Positions 1-10,508 of a stretch of 64,000 nt of DNA are shown in pieces. Position 1 is the stretch's first letter. Each line of letters begins with the position of its first letter. The stretch is from Verrucomicrobiota bacterium (GTDB taxonomy: Bacteria; Verrucomicrobiota; Verrucomicrobiia; Opitutales; Cerasicoccaceae). The stretch lies in NCBI GenBank assembly GCA_039818205.1, contig JBCBUK010000012.1, forward strand, positions 32,001 to 96,000. Reading direction: 5' to 3'. The notes under the pieces were generated by a model. That model was not told where the DNA came from. It ran no database searches and saw only the letters and a list, made by a program, of their open reading frames with translations. The position numbers and the translations under genes were made by a program.

Positions 1-630
1 TCCAACGGGAAAACGAGCTGCCGAAGCCTTCTGCCAATCCGAAGCCTGAAAATCCGAAAACACCACGACCTTACCAGGGCGACCATCCAACATCCCCGCA
101 GCTGCCGCCAAACCAACAGAAGGTTTGCCTGCCCGGTCGAGCTCCAGCGGTGCGTCGGACAAGCTCTTGAGCGCAGCTCCACGATCAAGGGTTGGGGGCT
201 GGCTCACGATTACTTGATCATCATAAACAACTAGGCCAATCGCAGAATCACTCGGCAATCCGTCCAGATACTGTTCCATCGCATCGCGAAGGCGTTGATC
301 CATTCCCCGCTGCCCCATACTCGCGGAGGCATCGACCACGAATACCGTGACCGGCGAATCCGCAAGAACCGGAGCCTCGCTGCCCGGACTTACCCAACGC
401 GGGTTCGCCAAGGCAAGAATCACCGCTGCATACACCAGCAGGCGTAGCATCAGGAGAAGAAAATCCCGTAAACGGCGACGCCCCTGCTGAGGCAACTTCG
501 ATGGCTCGATGAATCGGGTTGATGGAAAGCGCTGCAAAACCGCCCGCTCACGGTTGATCAAGTGCACGATGATCGGTGCCGCCAATGCCGCCAACCCCCA
601 CAGGAAAAGTGGTGCCCCAAAGGTTAACAC
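1..630 (-). CDS. BatA/vWA domain protein (N-terminal double-TM domain), runs off window start
   Basis: Read by hand from GTG at 630: VLTFGAPLFLWGLAALAAPIIVHLINRER...FPSTRFI...RRLRDFLLLMLRLL...LALANPRW, then VFVVDASASM (vWA DxSxS); follows MoxR and DUF58 genes. Confidence 0.85.
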   Translation of the reverse strand, partial: MLTFGAPLFLWGLAALAAPIIVHLINRERAVLQRFPSTRFIEPSKLPQQGRRRLRDFLLLMLRLLVYAAVILALANPRWVSPGSEAPVLADSPVTVFVVDASASMGQRGMDQRLRDAMEQYLDGLPSDSAIGLVVYDDQVIVSQPPTLDRGAALKSLSDAPLELDRAGKPSVGLAAAAGMLDGRPGKVVVFSDFQASDWQKASAARFPVG

Positions 631-690
631 GGAGCACCTTTCGACTGAGCGCGGTTGGATATCGACAATAGACGCATGATTTACTTTGTT

Positions 691-1587
691 TTACAAAGTT
701 CGATGGTGAAGATACTTAGCCAATGCCAAACCAAGACTGTCGGTCGTCTGCATTCGCAGGTAGTCGACCTGATTCTTAAAGAAGCCTTGGCGCAGGGTTT
801 CGATGAAAGTCGACATACGCTCACTGTATTGATCCCGAACCGTTTGCGGCCAGGCAATTACCTCTCGCCCAGCTTCCATATCTTTGAAACGAGTCACCTG
901 TGGCTGCGGCAAATCCAGTTCATCCGGATCCAGCACTTGCAAGGCAATCACGTCACAATGCCGATAGCGAAAGTTACGCAGCAAAGCCGGCAGCGTGTCT
1001 TCAGCCTCCAACATATCGGAAATCAAAACGACGATTCCCCGGTGTTTAAACGGATGCGTTAAATTATCTAAAGTGCGTTGATGCGCCGCGGCGCCATGCG
1101 GTTGCAAGCGAGTCAACGCATGCATCACTCGAGTCAGCTGGCCACTCCGATGACCCGGTTCAACTGCCTCCAACAATTCATCGCTGTAGGCAAATAAGCC
1201 AACGTTGTCCCCCTGCCGCCCTGCAAGATAAGAAATGCAGGCCGCAATCATCGCCGCATAGCGGAACTTCGTACAAACGGACCGCTCACCGCCGTAGTCC
1301 ATCGACCCGGAACAATCAAGCAACACGGTGCAGTTCATGTTCGTTTCCTCCTGATAGACCTTAGTGTAAAGTCGGTCGCTGCGCGCCAAGACTTTCCAAT
1401 CCAGATACTTCAGATCTTCTCCCGGCGTGTAATTGCGGTACTGCAAGAACTCGGTACCAAAACCATGAAACACACTGCGGTGCATCCCGCTGAGAAAGCC
1501 CTCCACCGCCGTCCGCGCCAGCAATTGCATGTTCGCGATCTGCGTCAAATGCGCGGGGTCTAATAGATCTTTGATCGTGGTGGGCAT
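691..1587 (-). CDS. DUF58 family protein (MoxR-associated, vWA-like)
   Basis: GMHRSVFHGFGTEFLQYRNYTPGEDLKYLDWK and LLDCSGSM motifs; next to MoxR. Confidence 0.9.
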   Translation of the reverse strand: MPTTIKDLLDPAHLTQIANMQLLARTAVEGFLSGMHRSVFHGFGTEFLQYRNYTPGEDLKYLDWKVLARSDRLYTKVYQEETNMNCTVLLDCSGSMDYGGERSVCTKFRYAAMIAACISYLAGRQGDNVGLFAYSDELLEAVEPGHRSGQLTRVMHALTRLQPHGAAAHQRTLDNLTHPFKHRGIVVLISDMLEAEDTLPALLRNFRYRHCDVIALQVLDPDELDLPQPQVTRFKDMEAGREVIAWPQTVRDQYSERMSTFIETLRQGFFKNQVDYLRMQTTDSLGLALAKYLHHRTL

Positions 1588-1741
1588 GGAGAAATCAGAT
1601 TAATCGCTGGGGAGGAAAATTATTGGTTGTTTCCCGCGGCATTCCATGTCTCCCCAGGTTTGGCAAAATTGAATCAAACAGATTTATATAAACCCGCCAA
1701 CCCGTGCCTTCATTTATCACTTCGAATGCCATCAACGAGTC

Positions 1742-2749
1742 TTAGCCTTGCACCGTGGTTAAGAGCTCACCGATCAGTTGGTCGGAGGTCACGCCTTCGG
1801 CTTCGGCGTGGAAACTTGGAATCACCCGGTGGCGCAATACCGGCGTGGCGAGGGCTTTGATGTCTTCCATCGAGACGTTATAACGCCCGTCGAGCAATGC
1901 GCGGGCCTTGCCAGCGAGAACCAACGCCTGCGAGGCGCGGGAGCCAGCGCCCCACTTGATTTTTTCCTTCGCCAAGGCCGTGGCATCCGCCAAGGTCGGC
2001 CGAGTCGCACTGACCAGGTTGACCGCGTAACGAACCACCTCAGTGCCAACCGGCACCGAACGAACCAAGCCTTGGATTTCTTCAATCTCCGGTCCCGTCA
2101 AAACTGCCTGTGGCGTTTCTCGATCCGGCGAAGTGGTCGCCGCAACCATGGCCACCTCATCTTCCGTCGGGAGATAATCCATGACTGTGTTGAGCAAAAA
2201 GCGGTCCAGCTGGGCTTCCGGCAAGGGATACGTCCCCTCCAGTTCAATTGGGTTTTGCGTCGCCAGCACGAAAAACGGCGGCGTGAGCGGATGCGTCTCA
2301 CCGGCAGCCGTCACCTGGCGCTCTTCCATCGACTCCAGCAGAGCCGCCTGGGTCTTCGGCGGGGTCCGGTTGATTTCGTCGGCCAAAACCACATTGGCAA
2401 AGATCGGCCCTTTCACGAAACGAAACGCGCGCTTGCCTGTCGCAGGATCTTCCTCGACCACCTCGGTTCCAAATATGTCGGCGGGCATCAAGTCGGGAGT
2501 AAACTGTATCCGCTTGAACTCCAACGACATACTTTCAGCAAGGCTACGCACTAGCAAGGTCTTCCCAAGCCCAGGAACACCGGTCAGCAGGGCATGCCCA
2601 CGAGCAAACATCGAAATGATGAGCTGCTCAATAACCTCATCCTGCCCCACCACGGCCTTCCGAAGCTCTTTCATCAGGCGGTCACGAATCTCGTGCACGC
2701 GGGCTACGGCGTTTTCTCCGGAAACAGAAATTGGGGGTGGTTGGCTCAT
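1742..2749 (-). CDS. moxR: MoxR family AAA+ ATPase
   Basis: Walker A GVPGLGKT, RIQFTPDLMPAD, LADEINR, ATQNPIELEGTYPLPEAQLDRF. Confidence 0.95.
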   Translation of the reverse strand: MSQPPPISVSGENAVARVHEIRDRLMKELRKAVVGQDEVIEQLIISMFARGHALLTGVPGLGKTLLVRSLAESMSLEFKRIQFTPDLMPADIFGTEVVEEDPATGKRAFRFVKGPIFANVVLADEINRTPPKTQAALLESMEERQVTAAGETHPLTPPFFVLATQNPIELEGTYPLPEAQLDRFLLNTVMDYLPTEDEVAMVAATTSPDRETPQAVLTGPEIEEIQGLVRSVPVGTEVVRYAVNLVSATRPTLADATALAKEKIKWGAGSRASQALVLAGKARALLDGRYNVSMEDIKALATPVLRHRVIPSFHAEAEGVTSDQLIGELLTTVQG

Positions 2750-2903
2750 AACGATTTGCGAAAATTGATTTGATTAGTGGAGAAACTTAAAAACTAACGG
2801 AGTTCCCGCAAATGCTTCGATAAAAAAGTGATCACTTTCCGGGATTGAAATAATTCCTTGGCTCTCCGTCGGATTCGCCCATTTTAGCGCGGATACTCAC
2901 TGC

Positions 2904-4334
2904 ATGCTATTTCACACGACTGAATTCCTCGGCTTCCTAGCGGTCGTTTTTGGCCTCTACTGGCTGTTAGCCAAAAAGTTACGCTGGCAGAACACGTTGA
3001 TTCTGGCCGCTAGCTACTTCTTCTATGGCTGCTGGGATTGGCGCTTCCTCCTGCTGATTGCCCTTAGTTCGATCACCGATTACCTGGTAGCGCTCAACAT
3101 GGAGCGCGGGCCCCGCAAATGGCTCCTGGCCCTCAGCTTGGTTGTAAATCTGGGCATGCTGGGTGTTTTCAAATACTTCGATTTTTTCGTCGGCTCTCTC
3201 AGCGACCTGCTGAGCACGCTCGGTTTCTCGCCAAATTTGACGCTCCTTGGCCTGATCACACCGGTCGGCATCAGTTTCTACACCTTTCAAACGCTCAGCT
3301 ACACCATCGATGTCTATAACCGCAAAATCGAGCCGCTGCGGGACCCAATTGCCTTTTTCTCCTACGTTTCTTTTTTCCCTCAGCTGGTTGCTGGCCCAAT
3401 TGAGCGCGCGCAAAATCTCTTACCGCAGTTTACCCGCAATCGCCAATTCGACTATGCTTTCGCGGTTTCCGGCTGCCGACTCTTCCTGTGGGGCCTTGCC
3501 AAAAAGGTATTTGTCGCCGACCCCGCGGGACGCCTTTGCGATCATGGTTTTGCCAACTATACCGAGGAACCGGGATGGCGTCTCTACTTCTACGTAATCG
3601 CTTTTGCCTTCCAGATTTACGGAGACTTCTCCGGCTATACCGATATGGCCCGCGGCGTCGCCCGCATGTTTGGCTTCGATCTGATGCAAAATTTCCGAAC
3701 CCCCTACTTTGCCACCAGCATTGCAGATTTCTGGCGCCGGTGGCATATATCCCTGACGACTTGGTTCCGCGACTACGTGTTCATACCCCTGGGCGGCAGT
3801 CGAGGGCCCAAGCGCACGACCCTAATCAACGTGATCATCGTTTTCCTCGTGAGCGGCTTCTGGCACGGAGCGAACTGGACGTTTATTGCCTGGGGCGCGA
3901 TCAATGCCCTCCTGTTTATTCCGAGCATCTTCCTGCCTGGCAAAAAACGGGACCCCGAATCCGAAACGGGCCTGATCCCCAGGTTTTCAGACCTTGTTCG
4001 AATCCTAGTCACCTTCAACTTGGTCTGCGTTACCTGGATATTCTTTCGGGCCCCGAATCTCGGCACCGCTTTCGACTACCTGAAGTCGATGATCTTCAAC
4101 AGTCTCGCGGCTCCCGGCGGAATCGTAGTCGCTATTCGGCACTTTGCCAAAGAACCCGCTTTCTGGTCGATCGCAACGCTCCTCGTTTTGGAATGGATTG
4201 GTACCCGGACGCGGTTTAAGATCGATCTGATCCCGACACCCATACGCTGGGCGATCTACCTAGTTGTGTTCCTATCTGCGGTTCTCATCACCCACTTTGG
4301 CAGCAAGGAAAAGTTCATCTATTTCCAATTCTAA
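2904..4334 (+). CDS. MBOAT family O-acyltransferase (AlgI/DltB-like)
   Basis: PVGISFYTFQ, FFPQLVAGPIER, DFSGYTDMA, FWRRWHISL, GFWHGA; ends FIYFQF. Confidence 0.95.
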   Translation: MLFHTTEFLGFLAVVFGLYWLLAKKLRWQNTLILAASYFFYGCWDWRFLLLIALSSITDYLVALNMERGPRKWLLALSLVVNLGMLGVFKYFDFFVGSLSDLLSTLGFSPNLTLLGLITPVGISFYTFQTLSYTIDVYNRKIEPLRDPIAFFSYVSFFPQLVAGPIERAQNLLPQFTRNRQFDYAFAVSGCRLFLWGLAKKVFVADPAGRLCDHGFANYTEEPGWRLYFYVIAFAFQIYGDFSGYTDMARGVARMFGFDLMQNFRTPYFATSIADFWRRWHISLTTWFRDYVFIPLGGSRGPKRTTLINVIIVFLVSGFWHGANWTFIAWGAINALLFIPSIFLPGKKRDPESETGLIPRFSDLVRILVTFNLVCVTWIFFRAPNLGTAFDYLKSMIFNSLAAPGGIVVAIRHFAKEPAFWSIATLLVLEWIGTRTRFKIDLIPTPIRWAIYLVVFLSAVLITHFGSKEKFIYFQF

Positions 4335-4340
4335 GGCCTC

Positions 4341-5273
4341 ATGAAACGCTTCATCATAAAATTGATCGCAATCAGCGCCATTGGAGCCGGTGTCCTGTGG
4401 AGCCTCGCTCTTGTCCTGGATCGGCAACCCTACAAAGACCAGAACAACGTCTTCTTCTGGGCCTTGGCGCATCAGGACGCACACCTTGATATCGCCTTCG
4501 TCGGCTCTTCGCGAGTTGCCAATATGATCGATCCAGCCGCGTTCGATGCGGTCGCTGGGACCCGCTCAATCAATCTTGGCGTTGGCGGCGGAACAGCGGT
4601 CGACTCCTACCTTTTGCTCAAGAAATTCCTGGAGAAGAACCAAGTCGATGCCGTCATCCTCAACATCGACTACCTGACCATAAGCAACTTCTTCGACCTC
4701 CCTTTCCGGGCCTCAGCCTGGAGCCTCTACCTTGACGACGAAGAGGTCTATGACGCCTATCAGAAGATTCATGGACCGAACAAGGCCAGCCTTCTAAAAT
4801 ATGCCCCAACAATACGGCATTTTGAGCATGGTCACGAATATCGTTACTACCTCTTCAATGATCCGCCGGATTCATCGCGGCTCGATGCCACTCAAGGAGC
4901 GCGCCTAAAGGACTCCGCCGCCCACCAAGCAGCGTATCAATACCGGATAACGAAGGCCGACCCGCTGGCCATGGAATATCTCGAGAAAACAATCGCGCTT
5001 TGCCAGGAAAAGGGAATCAATCTCATCCTTGTGCGTGGCCCATTTCATCCTCAGGTCGATGATTTCGCCGACCGCAGCGCGAGCAACCAAACGATCCGGA
5101 AACTCATGACAGAGCATGACCTGGTCCTTTTGGATTATGCCGAATTGTTTCCGAATGACGACGCGTTCTTCAATCTGAATCATACCAAATCCGAACCATC
5201 GCGCCACTACTCAACCGAGCTGGCAAAAGCATTCCAAGATCTCAATTCGGCAAACCAAGACGGGGAGAAATAG
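4341..5273 (+). CDS. SGNH-like partner protein of the MBOAT (putative periplasmic acyl transfer)
   Basis: N-terminal TM anchor, FVGSSR block-I motif, NLGVGG, C-terminal FNLNH; 6 bp after the MBOAT gene. Confidence 0.65.
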   Translation: MKRFIIKLIAISAIGAGVLWSLALVLDRQPYKDQNNVFFWALAHQDAHLDIAFVGSSRVANMIDPAAFDAVAGTRSINLGVGGGTAVDSYLLLKKFLEKNQVDAVILNIDYLTISNFFDLPFRASAWSLYLDDEEVYDAYQKIHGPNKASLLKYAPTIRHFEHGHEYRYYLFNDPPDSSRLDATQGARLKDSAAHQAAYQYRITKADPLAMEYLEKTIALCQEKGINLILVRGPFHPQVDDFADRSASNQTIRKLMTEHDLVLLDYAELFPNDDAFFNLNHTKSEPSRHYSTELAKAFQDLNSANQDGEK

Positions 5274-5276
5274 CGC

Positions 5277-5633
5277 ATGAAACACATTGCCCGACACGAC
5301 AGCGGATGGATCGCCGGCGAAGGCTACCGCAAGCAACCATTGCTGCTCCCGGAGGACCTCAACTGCGACGGAGCACTTGTGCAGATCGTCGAAATCCCGC
5401 CTCATGCCCACTGCCCGGATCACTACCACCGCAAGCAAACCGAAGTATTCTACGTTCTGGAGGGCCGCGGTGAGATATCCGTTGCGGGAAAGCAGATAAA
5501 GCTCGGGCCCGGCGATCTACTGACCACCGAGCCCGGCGAAATTCACAATGCAACAAATCCGTATGACGAGGTCTTCCGCTATGTCGTCTTCAAAACAAAT
5601 TGGGACCCCGAGGATTCGTATTGGAACGACTAA
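5277..5633 (+). CDS. Cupin domain protein
   Basis: HYHRKQTEVFYVLEG ... PGEIH cupin metal motifs. Confidence 0.85.
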   Translation: MKHIARHDSGWIAGEGYRKQPLLLPEDLNCDGALVQIVEIPPHAHCPDHYHRKQTEVFYVLEGRGEISVAGKQIKLGPGDLLTTEPGEIHNATNPYDEVFRYVVFKTNWDPEDSYWND

Positions 5634-6341
5634 TTAGTCACGGCTCATAAAAATCCGGAGCACATACCAGAAAAGTAGCGCGACTGCCGCAAAGAGCTCC
5701 AAAGAGGCACCGACGTACTGATTTTCTTCATAGTGGTGCAGAATATTCGAGGTCGTGTAGAGAATCGCGCCCGCGGCCAAAAATACCATTGCGGCAGAGA
5801 ACCACAAGCCAAGCGAGAAACCAAAAAGAACCGCGGCAACAATGAGCCCCAAGGCAACGAACATTCCGACCGTTAGGATCGAACCCATGAACGAAAAGTC
5901 CTTGCGGGTAATAAAGACGGTCGCAGTCAGACCACCGACAAGCAGTAAGGTCACGATCCCTGCTTGGGCAATCAACGAATTATCCCCAGCTTGCATCTGA
6001 GCCAGTAATAGAATCGGAACAAAAATAAGCGCTTCAGCTACAACATAGAGACCAAGGCCAGCATACTGCGCGCCCAAGGATTTCGTGTTGGCCGCAAAAC
6101 TCCGAGCAACCCAACCGATGATCATAAAGCCGCCCAAAACCATTAACCAAGCAGCACCACCGGATTGCAAGATGCCGATGGCGGCATTGCGGACTGGCTC
6201 AAGACTGAGGAGGAGAGATTCGAGCCCAACAAACGCCAGGATCGCTCCGGCGAGATGAGCGTAGGTGCGGCGGATGAAGCGAGCGCGCGTGTCGGGCGCC
6301 GCATCAGCCATGGAACGAACTGGATAATTTTGAGAATACAT
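5634..6341 (-). CDS. Bax inhibitor-1/YccA family membrane protein
   Basis: FIRRTYAHL, TRKDFSFMG, about 7 TM helices, ALELFAAVALLFWYVLRI. Confidence 0.9.
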   Translation of the reverse strand: MYSQNYPVRSMADAAPDTRARFIRRTYAHLAGAILAFVGLESLLLSLEPVRNAAIGILQSGGAAWLMVLGGFMIIGWVARSFAANTKSLGAQYAGLGLYVVAEALIFVPILLLAQMQAGDNSLIAQAGIVTLLLVGGLTATVFITRKDFSFMGSILTVGMFVALGLIVAAVLFGFSLGLWFSAAMVFLAAGAILYTTSNILHHYEENQYVGASLELFAAVALLFWYVLRIFMSRD

Positions 6342-6549
6342 GACGTTAAAAATATTTCTTGATACGGAAAACTGGACCTTAACGAGCTAAACTCAAGCAA
6401 ATTCGCGTCCAGGGCACAAGGCCTACCGGCAACAAAAACGTCAGCCGACCACATATTTACGCCTAAATAAAGTTTATTCCTGACTGTCTACCAGCACGGT
6501 GATAACGTTCATACCAAATATTTCCTAACCTGCCGTTCAAGAATACGAT

Positions 6550-7473
6550 ATGCCCGAGCCCGCTGATCCGATAGCGAACAAAGCGCCGGAGCCCAAAGTC
6601 GATTGGCCAATCATGCTGGCGACCTATTTGGGCGCTGCTCTCGTGTTCTACCCGCTGGCTCGGTGGGTTTTTAAGGCTACGGAGTCTAGCGAGCAACTGC
6701 TTCATGCCCTTATCGTACTCGCGGCAGCTGGTCTCTTCCTGATCACGGAAAAGCGCCAGCGACTCCGCCTGGTGCTCGATCATGACCGCAGTAGCCTAAT
6801 TCTTCTGGCCAGCTCATTCTTATTGGTCAGCACCACGCTACTTTTCCCTTACCCGAGCGAGGATTCTGGCGTGAATATGCTCAAAGCGGTGATTCTGCTC
6901 ATCGCTTTCGGGTTAACCTTGGCCTCCTTGGTCCGCTTCACACTCGGCCCCGAAGTATCACGGACCGCCCGAGGGCTCATCGTCGCATTCACCATTTTCA
7001 TGCTCCTTGCCCTCGTCCTGCCGCTGCTGGACTGGCCTCTGAGAGAGGTTGCCGGCAAGCTCTCCCTCAACGCCCTGGGCCTTATCGGCTATGGCGGGAA
7101 ACTCACCCTCGCCTACACGCCCGCTCCGGAGCTTATCCTCTCGATTAAGGGCCGGCCATTCATCGTAGCCGCCGAATGCAACGGATTTGGCCTTCTTTCG
7201 TCATCCATCCTTCTGACCATCTTATTGGTAATTTATCGCCGCCTGAAAGCCCTGGACGTTGGCCTTGTTCTCCTGCTCGCAATCATAACCGCATTCGTGG
7301 GCAACACCCTCCGCATAATGGTCATCATACTGCTAGCTCCGAACGTTGAAAATTATATGCTTATGCATGAGATCGTGGGCTTGATTTTCTTCTACGGTAC
7401 CCTCGGATTTCTTTGGTGGTTTATCTACGGTTTCAATAAAGGAAAATCGCTTGCCGGCCCGGTAAAATCTTAG
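6550..7473 (+). CDS. Exosortase/archaeosortase family protein
   Basis: Multi-TM; catalytic Cys (AAECNG), Arg (GNTLRI), His (MHEIVG). Confidence 0.85.
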   Translation: MPEPADPIANKAPEPKVDWPIMLATYLGAALVFYPLARWVFKATESSEQLLHALIVLAAAGLFLITEKRQRLRLVLDHDRSSLILLASSFLLVSTTLLFPYPSEDSGVNMLKAVILLIAFGLTLASLVRFTLGPEVSRTARGLIVAFTIFMLLALVLPLLDWPLREVAGKLSLNALGLIGYGGKLTLAYTPAPELILSIKGRPFIVAAECNGFGLLSSSILLTILLVIYRRLKALDVGLVLLLAIITAFVGNTLRIMVIILLAPNVENYMLMHEIVGLIFFYGTLGFLWWFIYGFNKGKSLAGPVKS

Positions 7474-7506
7474 CTTCCGGCGACCAAAATAGCGGCTTCC
7501 AGAGGG

Positions 7507-7521
7507 TGAGACTCAGTCTCC
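7507..7521. promoter_or_regulatory. Palindrome TGAGACTCAGTCTCC upstream of sdhC, possible Fur-like operator
   Basis: GAGAC-tca-GTCTC dyad resembling TGAGAAnnnTTCTCA Fur-type boxes, ahead of an Fe-S/heme operon. Confidence 0.3.
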
Positions 7522-7670
7522 ATTTTGCTCATTAATCCCGTTAATTCAACCTACTTATAAAGCTCCAATTATAACCGGGATTTATTGAAATAACCAACGG
7601 TTTTAACAACGTCTACTTGAGCTCACCTAATGATTTACATCCGTAGATCTTACGAACCGCATTAACCATC

Positions 7671-8447
7671 ATGAGCGCGACTCAAAAACCACGCATCCCT
7701 TCGCTCTTAAAAAAATACCTGATGGCCCTGTCCGGACTGGTCCTCGTGTTGTTCGTTCTCGGGCACATGATCGGCAATCTCCAGTTTTTCGCAGGTCCTG
7801 AAGTTATCAACGCATACGCCTATCATCTGCATCACTTGCCCGGAAATCCGGTTTCGTTGTGGTTGATTCGCCTGGTCCTCCTCGCAACCCTGCTGATCCA
7901 TGTTTGGATGGCGGTATTGCTCACGAAGGAAAATCGCGAAGCGCGTCCGGACACCTACCTGGACCAAAAAACGAGCGTCGCCACCTATGCCTCGCGGACA
8001 ATGCCCATTTCTGGTGTTCTCATTCTCGCGTTCATCGTATTTCACATTTTGCAGTTCACGGTTCGCGTGGTTCCGGAGCATTACGACAAGACCATTGGTG
8101 AATCGAGCATCGAGGTTGGCCACGTGCCACTCGAGTATTTTGATGTATTTGCGATGATGGTTGCTGGCTTCTCGAGCCCGCTGATTTCCTTGTTCTACAT
8201 CGTCACGATGGGTCTGCTCTGCATGCACCTGACCCACGGCGTTTCCTCGATGTTCCAATCGGTCGGCCTCCGCAACGAGTCCTGGCGCCCGAAGCTGAAG
8301 GCCGCCGCACTCGCCTATGGCTGGATCATCTTCCTTGGTTTCGCTTCGATCCCAGCCGCGGTGCTCGCTGGATTTGGCAAGGACTACCTAGCCGACAAAG
8401 AAGCCCAGTGGAGAGCCGCTGCCGCTGTAACCACTCAAAGTCACTAA
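7671..8447 (+). CDS. sdhC: Succinate dehydrogenase/fumarate reductase cytochrome b558 subunit
   Basis: KKYLMALSG, GHMIGNL, heme His residues (IHV, FHI, MHLTHG), YASRTM. Confidence 0.93.
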   Translation: MSATQKPRIPSLLKKYLMALSGLVLVLFVLGHMIGNLQFFAGPEVINAYAYHLHHLPGNPVSLWLIRLVLLATLLIHVWMAVLLTKENREARPDTYLDQKTSVATYASRTMPISGVLILAFIVFHILQFTVRVVPEHYDKTIGESSIEVGHVPLEYFDVFAMMVAGFSSPLISLFYIVTMGLLCMHLTHGVSSMFQSVGLRNESWRPKLKAAALAYGWIIFLGFASIPAAVLAGFGKDYLADKEAQWRAAAAVTTQSH

Positions 8448-8468
8448 CCGTTCAATTTGATCACAGCC

Positions 8469-10448
8469 ATGGAACTCAATTCCAACATCCCTGACGGCCC
8501 AATGGCCGAAAAATGGTCTTCACATAAGACCAAGATTAAGCTGGTAAATCCCTCCAATCGTCGGAAATACCATGTGATCATCGTCGGCTCCGGGCTAGCC
8601 GGCGCGTCCGCTGCCGCATCGTTGGCAGAGATGGGCTATCAGGTCTCCTGCTTTTGTTATCAGGACAGCCCGCGCCGCGCCCACTCGATCGCCGCCCAGG
8701 GCGGGATCAACGCCGCGAAAAATTACCAGAACGACGGCGACAGCATTTATCGCCTGTTCTACGATACCGTGAAAGGTGGAGACTTCCGCTCCCGAGAAGC
8801 CAACGTCCACCGCCTAGCCGAAGTCTCAGTCAACATCATCGACCAGATGGTGGCACAAGGCGTGCCATTCGCCCGTGAATATGGCGGCTTGCTCGACAAC
8901 CGCTCATTCGGTGGTGCCCAACTTTCCCGAACCTTTTACGCTCGCGGCCAAACCGGCCAGCAGCTCCTCCTCGGTGCTTATCAACAGCTCTCGAAGCAAA
9001 TTGGACTGGGCGCTGTTAAAATGTATAACCGCCACGAGATGCTCGAGGTGGTATTGGTCGATGGCCACGCCAAAGGCATCATCACCCGTAACTTGGTCAA
9101 CGGCAAGATCGAGCGCTGGGCCGCCGATACCGTCGTGCTGGCAACGGGCGGTTACGGCAACGTGTTCTTCCTCTCGACCAATGCTCAGGGCTGCAACGTC
9201 ACCGCTGCCTACCGGGCCTACAAGAAGGGCGCTGGCTTCGCCAACCCTTGCTACACTCAAATTCACCCGACCTGCATCCCGGTTCACGGTGATCAGCAGT
9301 CGAAACTAACCCTCATGTCCGAGTCCCTCCGCAACGATGGACGCATCTGGGTGCCCAAGGACAAGGCTGCGGCAGAGAAGATTCGCAAGGGTGAGCTCAA
9401 TCCAAATGACGTCGCCGAGGACGATCGCGACTACTATCTGGAGCGAAAGTACCCAAGCTTCGGCAACCTCGCACCCCGTGACATTTCTTCCCGCTCAGCG
9501 AAGGAAGTGTGCGACGAAGGACTTGGGGTAGCCACTTCCGGCTTGGGAGTCTTCCTTGATTTCCGAGACTCAATTAACCGTCTCGGCAAGGACGTGATTG
9601 CCCAACGCTACGGAAATCTCTTCGACATGTATCAGTGCATCACGGGGGACAATCCATATGAGACCCCGATGATGATCTACCCTGCGGTTCACTACACCAT
9701 GGGTGGCCTTTGGGTGGACTACAATTTGGAGAGCAACATCCCCGGGCTGTTTGTGGCTGGCGAAGCCAACTTCTCGGACCACGGTGCCAACCGGCTTGGA
9801 GCATCCGCGCTCATGCAAGGTCTGGCCGACGGCTATTTCGTTTTGCCCTACACCGTTGGTCACTATCTGGGCCGACAAGGCATTGCCAAGGCTGGCGAAA
9901 TTAAGTCTGACCACCCAGCTTTTGATGACGCCGAAAAAGCCGTTCGCGAACGCATCGACAAGCTCTTGTCCATCAAGGGTGACGAAAGCCCGCGTAGCTT
10001 CCACCAACGACTCGGAAAAATCGTTTGGGACAAGTGCGGCATGGCTCGCAGCAAAGAAGGTCTCGAAGAAGCGATCAAAGATATCCAAGACCTCCGTAAG
10101 GAATTCTGGACCCGCGTCCGTGTCCTTGGTGACGGTGATGAGCTCAACCAGGAGCTCGAACGCGCAGGCCGCGTCGCTGACTTCCTTGAGTTTGGCGAAC
10201 TCCTTTGCCGCGACGCTCTCATGCGTGAGGAATCGTGCGGCGGTCACTTCCGCACCGAGCACCAATACACTCAAGAAGACGAGGAAGTGCAAAGCGGCTT
10301 CCTCTCCGAAGGCGAAGCAAAACGGCACGACGACAAATACAACTTCGTCGGTGTTTGGGAATACCAAGGCGATGACGTGGAGCCCAAACTCAATCAGGAA
10401 TCCCTCGTCTACGAGGAAATCGAAATGGCCACTCGCAGCTACAAATAA
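8469..10448 (+). CDS. sdhA: Succinate dehydrogenase/fumarate reductase flavoprotein subunit
   Basis: [19 protein letters not shown] site, [26 protein letters not shown] 8469 preferred over TTG 8457. Confidence 0.97.
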   Translation: MELNSNIPDGPMAEKWSSHKTKIKLVNPSNRRKYHVIIVGSGLAGASAAASLAEMGYQVSCFCYQDSPRRAHSIAAQGGINAAKNYQNDGDSIYRLFYDTVKGGDFRSREANVHRLAEVSVNIIDQMVAQGVPFAREYGGLLDNRSFGGAQLSRTFYARGQTGQQLLLGAYQQLSKQIGLGAVKMYNRHEMLEVVLVDGHAKGIITRNLVNGKIERWAADTVVLATGGYGNVFFLSTNAQGCNVTAAYRAYKKGAGFANPCYTQIHPTCIPVHGDQQSKLTLMSESLRNDGRIWVPKDKAAAEKIRKGELNPNDVAEDDRDYYLERKYPSFGNLAPRDISSRSAKEVCDEGLGVATSGLGVFLDFRDSINRLGKDVIAQRYGNLFDMYQCITGDNPYETPMMIYPAVHYTMGGLWVDYNLESNIPGLFVAGEANFSDHGANRLGASALMQGLADGYFVLPYTVGHYLGRQGIAKAGEIKSDHPAFDDAEKAVRERIDKLLSIKGDESPRSFHQRLGKIVWDKCGMARSKEGLEEAIKDIQDLRKEFWTRVRVLGDGDELNQELERAGRVADFLEFGELLCRDALMREESCGGHFRTEHQYTQEDEEVQSGFLSEGEAKRHDDKYNFVGVWEYQGDDVEPKLNQESLVYEEIEMATRSYK

Positions 10449-10508
10449 CCGCTCTGAGTCAGTAGACAGCCTAACCAATTCAACTTATCTTTAGAAAGAT
10501 TCTCCGAC

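Noticed and set aside
1..2749. MoxR-DUF58-BatA cluster as a novel system
   Set aside because: Well-known arrangement, abundant in PVC bacteria; nothing unusual visible
9570..10494. Long alternative ORFs over sdhA (302 aa antisense, 263 aa shifted frame)
   Set aside because: Shadow ORFs of a strongly codon-biased gene, with no recognisable motifs
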